DNA from: Escherichia phage ECOH1
Strand: one strand, 5' to 3'
Length of the DNA: 64,000 nt
Sequence record: ON540300.1
Shown here: positions 24,843 to 41,522 of the stretch, in pieces
Numbering within the stretch: the first letter of the stretch is position 1
Layout: every line of letters begins with the position of its first letter
The notes under the pieces: generated by a model
What the model was told of the DNA's origin: nothing
Database searches by the model: none
Seen by the model: the letters and a program-made list of their open reading frames with translations, nothing else
Position numbers and translations under genes: made by a program

Positions 24843-26195
24843 ATGTGGAATCCAATTGTTAATGTAGATATTACATTGAACACCGCAGGAACTACAAGAG
24901 AAGGTTTTGGGCTACCACTATTTTTAGCTTCAACAGATAACTTTGAAGAAAGAGTCCGTGGTTACACTTCCTTAACTGAAGTTGCTGAAGATTTCGATGA
25001 AAACTCTGCTGCATATAAGGCTGCTAAACAACTTTGGAGTCAGACTCCTAAAGTAACCCAGCTTTATATTGGTAGACGTGCTATGCAGTACACTGTATCA
25101 ATTCCTGACTCTGTTACTGAAAGTACCGATTATTCTTTGACTGTAGCTGTGAGCGGTGGAATCTCTCAGCCATTCCAGTATACTTCAAAGACATCAGATA
25201 CTGCTGAGAAGGTGTTACAACAGCTTAAAACACAGATTGAAGCTGACCCAACAATTAAAGATAAGGTCACTGTGAATGTAACTGGTGCTGGCGGTTCAGC
25301 CACAATGGTAATCACCAAAGCTGGTGTGAACGACTTCGTGAAGGTTACTTCTACAGCACAAACAGTGTCAATTGCAAGTACAACTGCTGACACAGCATCT
25401 ACTGCTTTGGCAGCTATTGAAGCTTATTCAACTGACTGGTATTTCATTGCAGCAGAAGACAGAACTCAACAGTTTGTCTTAGCAATGGCTTCTGAGATTC
25501 AAGCTCGTAAGAAGATTTTCTTTACAGCTAACTCTGATGTAACAGCACTGCAAGGTACAGAATTAGCTAGTGCAAATGATGTTCCAGCACAGCTTGCTAA
25601 GAGTCAGTACACTCGTACCGTTTGCTTGTGGCATCACACGGCAGCAGAAGACTATCCAGAAATGGCATACATTGCTTATGGTGCTCCATATGATGCAGGT
25701 TCGATTGCTTGGGGCAATGCACAGCTAACTGGTGTAGCTGCTTCTCTACAGCCAGCTAATAAGAGACCTCTGACAAGTATTCAGAAGTCAGCTTTAGATG
25801 CACGTCACTGTAACTTTATTGACCTTGATGGTGGTGTTCCAGTGGTTCGTAGAGGGATTACTTCTGGTGGGGAATGGATTGATATCATCCGTGGTGTTGA
25901 CTGGTTAGAATCAGACCTGAAAACTTCTCTGAGAGACTTGCTAATTAACCAGAAGGGTGGTAAGATTACTTATGATGATACTGGTATTACCCGTATTCGT
26001 CAAGTCATTGAAACCTCTCTGCAAAGAGCAGTCAACAGAAACTTCCTGTCATCTTACACAGTTAATGTTCCTAAAGCCTCTCAAGTTGCTTTAGCAGACA
26101 AGAAAGCTCGTATCCTGAAAGATGTTACCTTCTCAGGTATCTTAGCAGGGGCTATCTTGGATGTTGACTTGAAAGGTACAGTGGCTTACGAATAA
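24843..26195 (+). CDS. tail sheath protein (putative)
   Basis: 450 aa immediately upstream of a 148-aa tube-sized gene, chaperone pair and tape measure. Confidence 0.6.
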   Translation: MWNPIVNVDITLNTAGTTREGFGLPLFLASTDNFEERVRGYTSLTEVAEDFDENSAAYKAAKQLWSQTPKVTQLYIGRRAMQYTVSIPDSVTESTDYSLTVAVSGGISQPFQYTSKTSDTAEKVLQQLKTQIEADPTIKDKVTVNVTGAGGSATMVITKAGVNDFVKVTSTAQTVSIASTTADTASTALAAIEAYSTDWYFIAAEDRTQQFVLAMASEIQARKKIFFTANSDVTALQGTELASANDVPAQLAKSQYTRTVCLWHHTAAEDYPEMAYIAYGAPYDAGSIAWGNAQLTGVAASLQPANKRPLTSIQKSALDARHCNFIDLDGGVPVVRRGITSGGEWIDIIRGVDWLESDLKTSLRDLLINQKGGKITYDDTGITRIRQVIETSLQRAVNRNFLSSYTVNVPKASQVALADKKARILKDVTFSGILAGAILDVDLKGTVAYE

Positions 26196-26210
26196 TAGAG
26201 GTAAATTGGA

Positions 26211-26657
26211 ATGGCTATGTATCAGCAATATTCCCCTAAAGACGTTGTATGTAGCTGGAACGGCATTGCTATTGAAGGCTTTGCTCCAGATTCATTCTTA
26301 CGTCTACAGAGAACATCACCACTTATCACACCAGTTGTAGGTGCGGGTGGTCAAGTTGCTCTGACAAGAAATGCAGACAAGACAGGTACTATTGAGATTG
26401 AGCTAATGCAGACTTCTCTCTCTAATCAGATGCTTTCTGCAATTCAAGCTAAACAAGACAATATGGAACTTGAAGAAGATATCTCTTCTAACTTCGTAAT
26501 CTACGACCCATCAGGCTCTGTTCTGGCAACTGGTATTAATGCTTGGTTGCAGGAATTACCGCAGGTTGAACTTGGTCGTGACCAGAACTCTAAAACTTGG
26601 ATTTTTGGTTGTGAGAAGCTAGACTACACTTCTACAATTCCAGCGTCAAGTGTTTAA
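26211..26657 (+). CDS. tail tube protein (putative)
   Basis: Size and position. Confidence 0.55.
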   Translation: MAMYQQYSPKDVVCSWNGIAIEGFAPDSFLRLQRTSPLITPVVGAGGQVALTRNADKTGTIEIELMQTSLSNQMLSAIQAKQDNMELEEDISSNFVIYDPSGSVLATGINAWLQELPQVELGRDQNSKTWIFGCEKLDYTSTIPASSV

Positions 26658-26667
26658 TAAATCCTAT

Positions 26668-26705
26668 AAGGGGGAGACTTTAAAAGGTCTTCCCCTTTTT
26701 TGTTT
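26668..26705 (+). terminator. Rho-independent terminator
   Basis: GGGGGAGAC-tttaaaag-GTCTTCCCC followed by TTTTTTG. Confidence 0.65.
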
Positions 26706-26730
26706 CTTTTAAAAGTATTAAGGAATCACA

Positions 26731-27129
26731 ATGAAAACAGAATCTAGAGTAATTAATGGTAAGAAAGTAAATATCATTCTGCTTGGGGCAAGAGATGGTA
26801 TTAAGATGTCTATGAAGTTGGGTAAAATTGTTGTTCCAACCTTTGCACAGATGCTATCAAGTCTGACTGATAAAGATAAGAAAGAAGCTCCAATGGTTCC
26901 ATTTAAAGAACTTGTTGAAGCTTGTTTTGACAGAATTGAAGAAATTAACCTTGAAGAAATGGCTAACTTGTTATTTCAAGGGGCAACTGTTGATGACTTC
27001 CCACTTAATATTGATACGTACTTCCAAGCAAACTACGGTGAGTTTATTGATTACTTAGCATTTGCGCTGGAGGCAAACTTCGGAAGTTTTTTCGAAGCAA
27101 GCATTTTCAAAAGCCTAACTTCTCAGTAA
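26731..27129 (+). CDS. tail assembly chaperone (G-like)
   Basis: Position before tape measure; slippery site near 3' end. Confidence 0.6.
   Translation: MKTESRVINGKKVNIILLGARDGIKMSMKLGKIVVPTFAQMLSSLTDKDKKEAPMVPFKELVEACFDRIEEINLEEMANLLFQGATVDDFPLNIDTYFQANYGEFIDYLAFALEANFGSFFEASIFKSLTSQ
27087..27093 (+). other. candidate -1 programmed ribosomal frameshift site T TTT TTC
   Basis: Heptamer in X XXY YYZ register; the -1 frame is open from 27087 into ORF 27132..27371. Confidence 0.55.
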
Positions 27130-27131
27130 AC

Positions 27132-27370
27132 ATGGGTAACACTCTACAGACACCACTAACTGATGCTGCTGTAGAGGCAACCTATGAAGAAGCAGACGAG
27201 ATGAAATTTGTGCTTGCTATTTATGGTATGGAAGGGTGTAAAGAAACACTTGACCAACTCTTTGCTATGACATTCTCTGATTTATTATCATTGAGACAAT
27301 TTCTTGAAATTCAGAGGTCGTATAAAGAGGAAATTGCTTACAACGAACTTAGAAGAGCAGGAAAAATGTA

Positions 27371-27371
<1 letters not shown>
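27132..27371 (+). CDS. tail assembly chaperone extension (T-like; likely made as G-T fusion)
   Basis: -1 frame relative to upstream chaperone; open from the slippery site. Confidence 0.5.
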
Positions 27372-32734
<5,363 letters not shown>

Positions 32735-32735
<1 letters not shown>

Positions 32736-34204
32736 TGGCAGGACTAACTACAACAGGATTACAAACTCTAAGATATCAGGAGATTTTTGATAATATCAAA
32801 TCAAGACTTCTTAGAGATATTTCACCAAACCTTGACGTTTCTGAAGACAGTCAATTAGGACTCTTCCTAGCTTCAATTGCAAGGTCTTTAGCAGATACTC
32901 ATGAGATTCTATCAGAAGTCTATGACGGTGGAACAATTGACAAGGCCGAGGGTTTTAACCTTGACGATATTACAGCTTTGAACGCTGTCTACAGATATGT
33001 TGCTCAGGCAACAAGAGGTCAAGTTGAGTTTACTGGGACTACTGGTGCTACCATTCCTTCAACAACAAGATTAAGAAGTACTGCCGGAAACATCTTTTAT
33101 CCAGTTAATAACATCACCCTTACTCCATCATATTGTGTTGAAGCTACACTTGAAGTTAACTCTTTACGAACTGATGCAGATTATGTTATTATTATTGATA
33201 ACGTCATTTTCTCATATAAACCAACCTCATTAGACACAATCACCACGCTGCTAACAAAATTAGCAGAAGCTATTAATGGTGGTATTGTAGCAAAAGCAGA
33301 AGTCATTAATGATGGAGCCGCATTAAGAGTCTATAAAGACGAAGGTGATATCATTGCAAGAACAAACCCTATGGTTGTCACTGCAACAACGTTTCTGACC
33401 TTTACAAAGATTACAACTATTTCAGATGTAGTAGCTGAAGAGGTGGGTGCTACCCCTGCTTTGGCTGGTACGCTTATTGAGATTGAGACAACTGTTGATG
33501 GTCTTGACAGTATTTATAACAGATATGACTTAACAACTGGTAGAAACGAAGAAACTGACACAGAACTTAGACAGAGATATTTAGAGTCCTTAGCAGTTAC
33601 TGGTGTGGGTACTTTGGATGCAATTGTAGCTGCTGTTAAAAGAGTTCAAGGTGTCTCAGATGCTTCAGGTGTTGAAAATGATACTGAAGAGACAAACTCA
33701 GAAGGTCTTCCACCAAAATCTTTTAAGATTGTCGTAGTTGGTGGTCAAAATGATAATGTTGCTCAGGCAATCTGGGATACAAAACCTGCTGGTATTAGGG
33801 CTTATGGCTCAATTTTTGGTACAGCCCATGATTTAGGTGGTTTGGCACATAATATTTATTTTAGCAGACCAACACCAAAATACGCATTTGTTAAGGTGTC
33901 TTACTCACTATACGACGAAGAAAACTTAACAATCCCTGAAGAGGATATCAGAGACAGCATTGTACAAGGTATTAATGCCTACGGAAGAACTCTTAAGGTT
34001 GGTAATGACGTTATCCCTAACAGAATCTATGGACATATCTATGACGTAATTAAAGGTATTGAGATTAATGAAGTTAAAGTGGCATTATCAAATAACCAAT
34101 CAGTTCCACCTAGTGACGGGCAGTATACTACAGCAAGAATTACTGTTGACGGTGACCAATATACTGTTTGGGAAAGTAGCCAGTATACCATCACTAAGGA
34201 GTAA
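32735..34204 (+). CDS. baseplate J-like protein (489 aa)
   Basis: Size and position. Confidence 0.45.
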
Positions 34205-34206
34205 TA

Positions 34207-35061
34207 ATGTTTGAAAAGATTGATAGTGTTTATTATAAAACACTTGATGAAAGGACTGTAACACAGTTTAAAGATAAATTTATCTATACAAGTCTCTTGA
34301 AAGCAATCACTGATGAGCTACAAACACTAGAGGATGTTTGCTGGCAGATGCACACAGAGAGAAATATCAGGACGTCAGTAGGTCAACAACTTGATAATAT
34401 TGGCTCACTGATTAAAGTTCCTAGACCTTTAGGTGCTGATGATGAAACATACAGAGCTATGCTTTATATCCAAATCTTCCTAAGACGTTCTGATACTACT
34501 CCAACATTCTTGCAAAAAGCAATTATGACATTGTATGGTGCAACTTTCTCTCAGATTTTTGAGCATATTACTCCTAAGACTGGTGGTATCGTTATCCGTA
34601 TTAATACTAGAAAAAGCGTTCTTGATGCTGCATATACACTGTCAAAGATTTCTGCAACAACCACTGGTTCCGCTGTTATCTTAAGAGATGTTACTTTAAA
34701 TGGGACTGCTTGGACACCTGTAGAGGTTGCTGATTCATCACTTGCTATTGTTGATGATAAAGAGAACTGGTTTGTAACTGATGCTAACAGGGGTCTGGTA
34801 ACAAATAACACTGGTGGCTCTCTGGAGTCCAACCTAGTAGGGAGTCTTGCAGATGCTGGTGTTATTGATGGTTACTTTAAGGTTGACAGAACAGCAAACC
34901 CACAGAGCGATGATTATATGACTGTAGATAGGTCCAATAATAGTGGCTATTTCATTGCTGGTAAAGAAGCTATTGCAGGTGGTGCATATGGAATCATGGC
35001 TGAGGTTGCACAAATTGTCAAAGGCAGAAAAGATAAATCACAACAAGAAGGAAATTCTTAA
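34207..35061 (+). CDS. baseplate/tail protein (284 aa)
   Basis: Position. Confidence 0.45.
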   Translation: MFEKIDSVYYKTLDERTVTQFKDKFIYTSLLKAITDELQTLEDVCWQMHTERNIRTSVGQQLDNIGSLIKVPRPLGADDETYRAMLYIQIFLRRSDTTPTFLQKAIMTLYGATFSQIFEHITPKTGGIVIRINTRKSVLDAAYTLSKISATTTGSAVILRDVTLNGTAWTPVEVADSSLAIVDDKENWFVTDANRGLVTNNTGGSLESNLVGSLADAGVIDGYFKVDRTANPQSDDYMTVDRSNNSGYFIAGKEAIAGGAYGIMAEVAQIVKGRKDKSQQEGNS

Positions 35062-35363
35062 TGGCAGTTCTAAATTGGTCTACAAACGAAGTAGATACTG
35101 ATGGTAATCAGTTAAAAGTTTTACCACCACCGGAAGTTCAAGAGACAGGTCTTTTAAAGGGTGAGCCTATGGGTAGACAGTGGTTCAACTATATTATCAA
35201 CTACCTGCTGAATAAAGTAAATGGCACTGTTGGTGAAGTTCGTTCATATGCAACTGAGCAACCAGATTTAGTGGCTAATGGCTGGAATCTCATTAAGTCT
35301 GAGACAGGGACTGCATCAACAAGTACAAGAAACCTTTACACATATGAATATGTAGGAGCTTAA
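35061..35363 (+). CDS. hypothetical protein (100 aa)
   Basis: ORF track. Confidence 0.45.
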   Translation: MAVLNWSTNEVDTDGNQLKVLPPPEVQETGLLKGEPMGRQWFNYIINYLLNKVNGTVGEVRSYATEQPDLVANGWNLIKSETGTASTSTRNLYTYEYVGA

Positions 35364-35365
35364 TA

Positions 35366-36541
35366 ATGGCAGTAGGTGAAATTCAAATTAGTGCCTTGCC
35401 ACAAGCGGCCTTACCAGTTGATTTGAGTGATATCTTCCACCTTAAGCAAGGTGTTGAGGATAAAAGATGTACGCTTGAGCAGTTGTTAGCACCTCACGCA
35501 TCTTTGAGGAATAACCCTCATGGTGTAACTAAATCACAAGTAGGTCTTGATAATGTTATTAACTCTCTTCAATTAGTTGCAGCTAATAACTTGTCAGATA
35601 TTGTAAGTGTTGCTGAGGCAAGAGCAAATCTACAAATTATGTCGTCAGAGGAAGTGAATAACTTAATTCAGCAACATATTGACGACAAAAGTAACCCACA
35701 CAATACAACGAAAGCACAGGTTGGTTTAAGTAATGTTCAGAACTGGACAACATCTAATCTGTACAATGAAGATGCTGATAAGTATGCTACCGCGAAAGCA
35801 GTTAATAATTTATACAAAGCTATCCAAGCGTCATATCCAGTAGGGACTATTCATCTATCTGTTAACTCTGCTAACCCATCCACTTACTTGCTTTGTGGAG
35901 GTACTTGGGAGTTAGTTTCTAAAGGTAGAGCACTAGTTGGTTATGATACAGATTCTAGACCTGTTGGTTCAACGTTTGGTTCTCAGACTGTAGCATTAAC
36001 AAATAATAATTTACCAGCACATACTCACTCTATCTATCTAACAGGTGGTGGTCATACACACTCTGCAAGTGTATCTATCTCTAGTTTTGATTATGGTTCA
36101 AAAAGTACATCAACTTTTGATTACGGTACAAAAACGACTAATAGTGCTGGTGCTCACACTCACACGTTTAGTGGCACAACAAGTAATGCTGGTAACCACA
36201 ACCATAGAGTCCCTATGAGGGGTAATGATAGGGGTGGCACAAACGCTATCACTGCATCTGCTGATGCTGGTGTTGGTAATGCTATGTATACTGATTTAGC
36301 TGGTGCTCACACCCATAGCTTCTCAGGTACAACTGCATCATCTGGTGCTCATAGCCATACTGTCGCAATTGGTGCTCACAGCCACACTGTTAATATTGGT
36401 TCGCACAGTCATACAGGCACTGTTACTGTTTCTAGCTCTGAGCATACACACTCAGGGACATCTGGTTCTGTTGGTGGTGGTCAAGCTTTCAGTGTTGAGC
36501 AGCCATCTTTTGTAGTGTATGTGTGGCAGAGAACAGCTTAA
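35366..36541 (+). CDS. tail fibre protein with C-terminal His-rich HxH repeats
   Basis: LPAHTHS...GAHTHTFSGTT...GAHSHTVAIGAHSHTV...AFSV...WQRTA; C-terminal motif shared with next gene. Confidence 0.7.
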   Translation: MAVGEIQISALPQAALPVDLSDIFHLKQGVEDKRCTLEQLLAPHASLRNNPHGVTKSQVGLDNVINSLQLVAANNLSDIVSVAEARANLQIMSSEEVNNLIQQHIDDKSNPHNTTKAQVGLSNVQNWTTSNLYNEDADKYATAKAVNNLYKAIQASYPVGTIHLSVNSANPSTYLLCGGTWELVSKGRALVGYDTDSRPVGSTFGSQTVALTNNNLPAHTHSIYLTGGGHTHSASVSISSFDYGSKSTSTFDYGTKTTNSAGAHTHTFSGTTSNAGNHNHRVPMRGNDRGGTNAITASADAGVGNAMYTDLAGAHTHSFSGTTASSGAHSHTVAIGAHSHTVNIGSHSHTGTVTVSSSEHTHSGTSGSVGGGQAFSVEQPSFVVYVWQRTA

Positions 36542-36587
36542 TTTCTTTACAGGGGCTATAAAGCCCCTTTTAAGAGGAAAATTCATA

Positions 36588-39137
36588 ATGGCAGATTACA
36601 AATTGAGTCAATTAAACTCAATCGACACAATTCGTTCAGAAGACCTATTGCACATCAGAGTTAAGAAAAGACCTGAAATGTTGGGTGACGAAGACCGTAG
36701 AATGACCTATCAAGACTTCTTAGCTTCCTTCAAACTAGAAAGGTTTGTTCAGATTGCTGGGAGTACTATGGTTGGGGATTTAGGTATTGTCAAGTTACTT
36801 TACGGTGGTAAGGCAGTATTTGACCCAACAGGCTCTTCTGAGATTACTATTGGGGATATTTTAAAGACTTTTAAAATTAACTCAAATGGGCTTAAACTCA
36901 CTATTGCAGATGCCACAAGGTCGGCAACTGTTTATCATACTTTGAATAAACCAAGCCCTAATGAACTTGGTATGAGAACTAATGAAGAGAATGATGCAAG
37001 ATATGCAAGGCTTGCTGTTACAAACACATTCTCTGGAACTCAGAACATTCAAGGTGATGCTAACTTACTTCGTCTTAGAAACCAGAATGCAAATAATGCG
37101 CAATATATTGAGGGTGTGAACTTAGATGGTTCAGCTAGATGGTGGGTTGGTATTGGTAGTAATGGCTCTGATGAAGTAAAACTGTACAATAACAAATACA
37201 ACTCAGCTTTGACTATTGCAAGCAATATCTCTGTTAATAAGTCTTTAGCAATCACTGGACAAGTTCAACCTTCAGATTTCTCTAACTTAGATGCTAGATA
37301 CTTCACTCAGACAGTTGCTAATCAGAGATTTGCACAGTTAGCTGGCAATAATACTTTTACAGGTGCTAACACATTTAGGACTATGAGTGTTATTTCAAAT
37401 GCTGCTGCTATCACACTGCAATGTGCATCAGCAAACGAATCCCTGTATCTACTTGCAAAAGATTATGAAGGTGGAAACTTATGGTATCTTGGTAAAGGTA
37501 GTTCAGGTGCTGGTGTAACTATCTACAACTATACCACTGACACCTCTTTGGTCTTAGATGCTGCTGGAGTATCAGCAAATAAAAATGTCAGAATCACTGG
37601 ACAAGTTCAACCTTCAGATTGGGCTAACATTGACTCTAGATATATTCCGGCAGCAACATTAAGTACAATTGCAAGAACTAATGCAAGGAATACTTTTAAT
37701 GGTGTACAGACAGTTGTTACGGATAATGAAGGTCTGATTGTTAAAAACTCTACTCAGAATAGACCATTATATATTCGTGGTGTGGACACTACTAATGTAT
37801 CAAGATGGTGGATTGGTGTTGGTGGTGCTGATACGAATGATGTTACCCTAAATAACAGTTATTCTGGAACCCAATTGGTTCTCGGAAATACAACATCATA
37901 CATTAACAAAACATTGACTATTGCTGGACAAGTTCAACCTTCAGATTTCTCTAACTTAGATGCTAGATACTTTACGCAAAGTGCTAGTGATAGCAGATAC
38001 CTAAGAATCAGAAGTACTAGTTTTAATTTAGGAAACGGTGAAAAGTGGGCTAAAATCGCTACTGTTGTAATGCCACAATCAACATCTACGGCAGTCATTG
38101 AGGTTTTTGGAGGTGCTGGTTTTAATGCGAATAACCCATACCAAGCAGGTAAGTGTGAAATTGTTTTACGAACGTCAAATAATAATACAAAGGATTTAAA
38201 TGCTGTAGCTTGGAGAACAGCAGATAATGCCCTCATCACGGATATTGGTTATATTAACACTTCTGGTGACACTTATGATATTTACTGTAAGGTTGGTGGC
38301 TACCAAAATTCTACGGTATCTAGGGTTCAATCTTCTAGTAATGCAAGTGTACAGTTGTTTGAAGTCCCGCAAACATTTGATGATGCTCCACAAGGTATTG
38401 TGAAGGGTACACTTGCAAGGTACTACACAAGTTTGCAAAAACCAACCCCTTCAGATATTGGTGCATACACTAAAGCAGAGACTGACCAGAAAATTGCAGA
38501 AGCGATTAGTGACTCTACAGACCTGAATAAAATCTATCCAGTAGGTATTGTGACGTGGTTTAACAGCAATGTTAACCCTAATACAGCACTTCCTGGGTTA
38601 ACTTGGACGTACCTGAACAATGGTGTTGGCAGAACTATTAGAATTGCAGCAGCAAATGGTTCAGATGTTGCTACAACTGGTGGTTCAGATTCTGTAACGT
38701 TATCTGTTGGTAACTTACCTTCACACACGCACAGTTTCTCTGCTACCACTTCGACGTTTGATTATGGCACTAAGCACACAGATGGTCAGGGTGCTCACGA
38801 CCATGATAGAGGTAATATGGAAATTCATGGTGATTTTGGTTTCTTCAGGAGTGACACATCAAGCTTCTACACTGCTAGTGGGTCTTTTGCTATCTCAGGT
38901 TCACAAGCATCTAGAGGATACACAGGTAATAACTTCACTTACGGTACTCCTGTTAATTTCTATGCCTCTAGAACTTGGACAGGTAGAACAAGTTGGGTAG
39001 GTGCTCATACACATGGTGTAGGTATTGGTGCTCATAACCATACGGTAAGTGGTAACACTGGTGGTACAGGTTCTGGTTCAGCATTTAGTGTTACTAACCA
39101 GTTCTACAAGTTAATGGCTTGGGTAAGAACTGCTTAA
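36588..39137 (+). CDS. long tail fibre protein with internal triplicated repeat and His-rich C-terminus
   Basis: ITGQVQPSDFSNLDARYFTQ repeated three times; C-terminus LPSHTHSF...GAHTHGVGIGAHNHTV...AFSV...WVRTA; ATG 36588 with RBS. Confidence 0.7.
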   Translation: MADYKLSQLNSIDTIRSEDLLHIRVKKRPEMLGDEDRRMTYQDFLASFKLERFVQIAGSTMVGDLGIVKLLYGGKAVFDPTGSSEITIGDILKTFKINSNGLKLTIADATRSATVYHTLNKPSPNELGMRTNEENDARYARLAVTNTFSGTQNIQGDANLLRLRNQNANNAQYIEGVNLDGSARWWVGIGSNGSDEVKLYNNKYNSALTIASNISVNKSLAITGQVQPSDFSNLDARYFTQTVANQRFAQLAGNNTFTGANTFRTMSVISNAAAITLQCASANESLYLLAKDYEGGNLWYLGKGSSGAGVTIYNYTTDTSLVLDAAGVSANKNVRITGQVQPSDWANIDSRYIPAATLSTIARTNARNTFNGVQTVVTDNEGLIVKNSTQNRPLYIRGVDTTNVSRWWIGVGGADTNDVTLNNSYSGTQLVLGNTTSYINKTLTIAGQVQPSDFSNLDARYFTQSASDSRYLRIRSTSFNLGNGEKWAKIATVVMPQSTSTAVIEVFGGAGFNANNPYQAGKCEIVLRTSNNNTKDLNAVAWRTADNALITDIGYINTSGDTYDIYCKVGGYQNSTVSRVQSSSNASVQLFEVPQTFDDAPQGIVKGTLARYYTSLQKPTPSDIGAYTKAETDQKIAEAISDSTDLNKIYPVGIVTWFNSNVNPNTALPGLTWTYLNNGVGRTIRIAAANGSDVATTGGSDSVTLSVGNLPSHTHSFSATTSTFDYGTKHTDGQGAHDHDRGNMEIHGDFGFFRSDTSSFYTASGSFAISGSQASRGYTGNNFTYGTPVNFYASRTWTGRTSWVGAHTHGVGIGAHNHTVSGNTGGTGSGSAFSVTNQFYKLMAWVRTA

Positions 39138-39216
39138 TCCCTTATTGACTGATTGTTAAGATGGTGTTAATATTCTTTATGGGTATTCTCACCATCTTGG
39201 CTGATGAGGTGATTAA

Positions 39217-39414
39217 ATGCCTACAATCCTAGCAATTCTTCTAAAAAATCTAGGTAGCTTCTTCTGGAAACTCATTTTATCCCTTCTAAGTGAATACATG
39301 ATTGAGAAAGTGTTCTTTAGGCTTGCAAGATACCTTGCGAGTAAAACAGACACACCTATTGATGATGAGTTCGTAGATAACTTAGAGAAAGCTTTTAAGG
39401 GGGAGAATAAATGA
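39217..39414 (+). CDS. holin-like small membrane protein (65 aa)
   Basis: Hydrophobic N-terminal half, charged C-terminus; follows tail fibre genes. Confidence 0.4.
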   Translation: MPTILAILLKNLGSFFWKLILSLLSEYMIEKVFFRLARYLASKTDTPIDDEFVDNLEKAFKGENK

Positions 39415-39782
39415 AGTGGCTAGAGGAAGCTTTTAAAAATAATATTGGTGCAATTGTAGTTGGTATTTTTAGTGTTATTGGGATGTATACCACGATGCAA
39501 GTTTCAAGTGGTAAACAAGAAGTGTCTGTCTCAACAAAGTTACAGCAGCTAGATAATTATTCAAAAAGTAATTACTCAGCTATTCGTGATTTACAGTCTG
39601 ACATGAGACTGCTACAGCTAGGGATGGAGAACCAGAAAGTCCAGTTAGAGAATGTTAAGGGTGAGAACGCAAAACTTACTAAGACTCTTGATAAATTCTC
39701 TGATAGTGTGAACAATCTGGCTCAATCAGTATCAGCCCTCCAAGCTATTACTGAAAAGAACACAAAGAATACTGAAAAGTAA
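39411..39782 (+). CDS. membrane-anchored coiled-coil protein (spanin-like)
   Basis: N-terminal TM IGAIVVGIFSVIGMY then coiled-coil region. Confidence 0.4.
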   Translation: MKWLEEAFKNNIGAIVVGIFSVIGMYTTMQVSSGKQEVSVSTKLQQLDNYSKSNYSAIRDLQSDMRLLQLGMENQKVQLENVKGENAKLTKTLDKFSDSVNNLAQSVSALQAITEKNTKNTEK

Positions 39783-39787
39783 AGTTT

Positions 39788-39818
39788 AAGGCTCCTTTTT
39801 ACGGGAGCCTTTTTTGTT
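39788..39818. terminator. bidirectional terminator between convergent genes
   Basis: GGCTCC-tttttac-GGGAGCC flanked by T-run on plus strand and A-run upstream. Confidence 0.65.
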
Positions 39819-40718
39819 TTATTTACCTACTGACAAAGGTGCTTCAATCTTTCCTGCATGTTGGTAATTGTTAATACCACCAATAAAGTCACTTGCAGTG
39901 AGATGTTTTAAGTCACTTAAAGTGTTAAGTGGGATACCAATCTCAAAAGTTGGTGCATGGAACTCTTCATTGTTCATCAGTTCATAAACCTGTTTCATAT
40001 GGTTCTGATAAATCTGAGTATCTCCAAAGACACCTATCAAGTACCGTGGAGTATATCCAGTCATCTTACAAAGAACTTCCAGAATAAAACCGTAAGATGC
40101 AATATTAAATGGAAGTCCTAAAAAGGTGTCTACTGAACGCTGATACCATTGTAAGTCAACTTCACCCTCGTTAGTAATATAAATCTGAAACAGAACATGA
40201 CAAGGTGCTAGAGCCATTGAGTTTGCTGCAATATCTGCCGCATTCCAAGCATTAACAAGCATGTAACGGTCTGTGATATCACCCTTCATCTTCGTTACTA
40301 AGGTCTCTAACTGGTCTACAACACAACCGTTATGACCTTCAAAGTTTCTCCACTGAACACCATAAATTCTTCCACCCGCATCTTCTAACCAATCTTGTTC
40401 AGAAGAGTAATTAGAGCTTAACCAGCGTTTAAAATCATCTGACCAGATAGTCCAGCGTTCTCCATCATTCTCACCCCAAGTACGGTAACGGAGTTCACCC
40501 AGCTTATTCTCACCATTCAGGAACCATAAAGCTTCCCCGATAACTTGCCGTGTAAACACCTGTTTAGATGTTAAGAGCGGGAAACCAGTTCGCATATCAA
40601 AACGAAACTGAGGTGGAGCAAATGCAGAGATAACATCTCCAGTTCGTGTAGTACGCAGTTCACCAACTGATAAAACATGGTTCAGGATATTTTTGTAACT
40701 CAAATCTGCTTGTGACAT
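39819..40718 (-). CDS. thyA: thymidylate synthase
   Basis: Active-site LAPCHVLFQIY and conserved NIASYGFIL region. Confidence 0.9.
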   Translation of the reverse strand: MSQADLSYKNILNHVLSVGELRTTRTGDVISAFAPPQFRFDMRTGFPLLTSKQVFTRQVIGEALWFLNGENKLGELRYRTWGENDGERWTIWSDDFKRWLSSNYSSEQDWLEDAGGRIYGVQWRNFEGHNGCVVDQLETLVTKMKGDITDRYMLVNAWNAADIAANSMALAPCHVLFQIYITNEGEVDLQWYQRSVDTFLGLPFNIASYGFILEVLCKMTGYTPRYLIGVFGDTQIYQNHMKQVYELMNNEEFHAPTFEIGIPLNTLSDLKHLTASDFIGGINNYQHAGKIEAPLSVGK

Positions 40719-40719
40719 A

Positions 40720-41265
40720 TCAAAAGTGTCCTTTTACTTGTGGAACATAAATTTCAAAAGTTGCTTTACCATCCTCTGATGGTTTTGACTGTACCTTTGT
40801 AAATACACGGTTATCATACAGCTTCTCAAAGAAGTTTTCAAAAGGTAAATGCACAGTGGCCTCTTCAGTAACTTTATGGAAAACTGTATGAAACACTACA
40901 TCAGCATACGGTAAAGCATTGACAAGGACACCTGCACCACCAATTACAAAGACATCTTCATCAATAGAGCTATCAAGATACTTCAAAAATGCTCCAAATG
41001 ACTCTTTACTGGCTTTAGCATACATTACCTCATCTTTACCAAAGTCTATGCCTAAGTATGGTACAGAGTTTGTTAAGATTAGGTTTGCACGTTCTGGTAA
41101 AGGTTTACTACCCAGAGTCTTAAAAGTCTCATTCCCCATCACTACTAAGTTATTTTTAGTGAGTCTCTTAAACTCTTGCATATCCTGTTTATGTCGAGGC
41201 CACGGCATACCAGTTGGAGTACCAAACTCACCATTTTCACCACTTGCAAAGATTAATTTAATCAT
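40720..41265 (-). CDS. frd: dihydrofolate reductase
   Basis: N-terminus MIKLIFASGENGEFG...GMPW and VVMGNETF typical of DHFR; adjacent to thyA. Confidence 0.85.
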   Translation of the reverse strand: MIKLIFASGENGEFGTPTGMPWPRHKQDMQEFKRLTKNNLVVMGNETFKTLGSKPLPERANLILTNSVPYLGIDFGKDEVMYAKASKESFGAFLKYLDSSIDEDVFVIGGAGVLVNALPYADVVFHTVFHKVTEEATVHLPFENFFEKLYDNRVFTKVQSKPSEDGKATFEIYVPQVKGHF

Positions 41266-41522
41266 TTTGTAAACCCTTTCTTAATGAACCAGTTGATAAC
41301 ATTCTTCACAGCTTTATTGCTATGGTAGATTAGGTGTGGTGTAGGCTGGTATGAACCATAGGCCCAGAATGATAGATGCTCACCACAACCAACACATGTA
41401 GTACTTTCTTCAGCTATATGACCATTAACAATCACATGAACTTCACCTTGCAAGTCTGTACACCCACAATGTGGGCAACGGATAGGTGTTCCATCAGACT
41501 CATAGCAGTGTTCAATTTTCAT
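41262..41522 (-). CDS. zinc-ribbon protein (86 aa)
   Basis: CPHCGC ... CVGCGEH cysteine pairs. Confidence 0.5.
   Translation of the reverse strand: MKIEHCYESDGTPIRCPHCGCTDLQGEVHVIVNGHIAEESTTCVGCGEHLSFWAYGSYQPTPHLIYHSNKAVKNVINWFIKKGFTK

Noticed and set aside
36303-36515. 70-aa plus-strand ORF inside the fibre gene His-repeat region
   Set aside because: Out-of-frame product of the repetitive His-codon region; no independent start signal.
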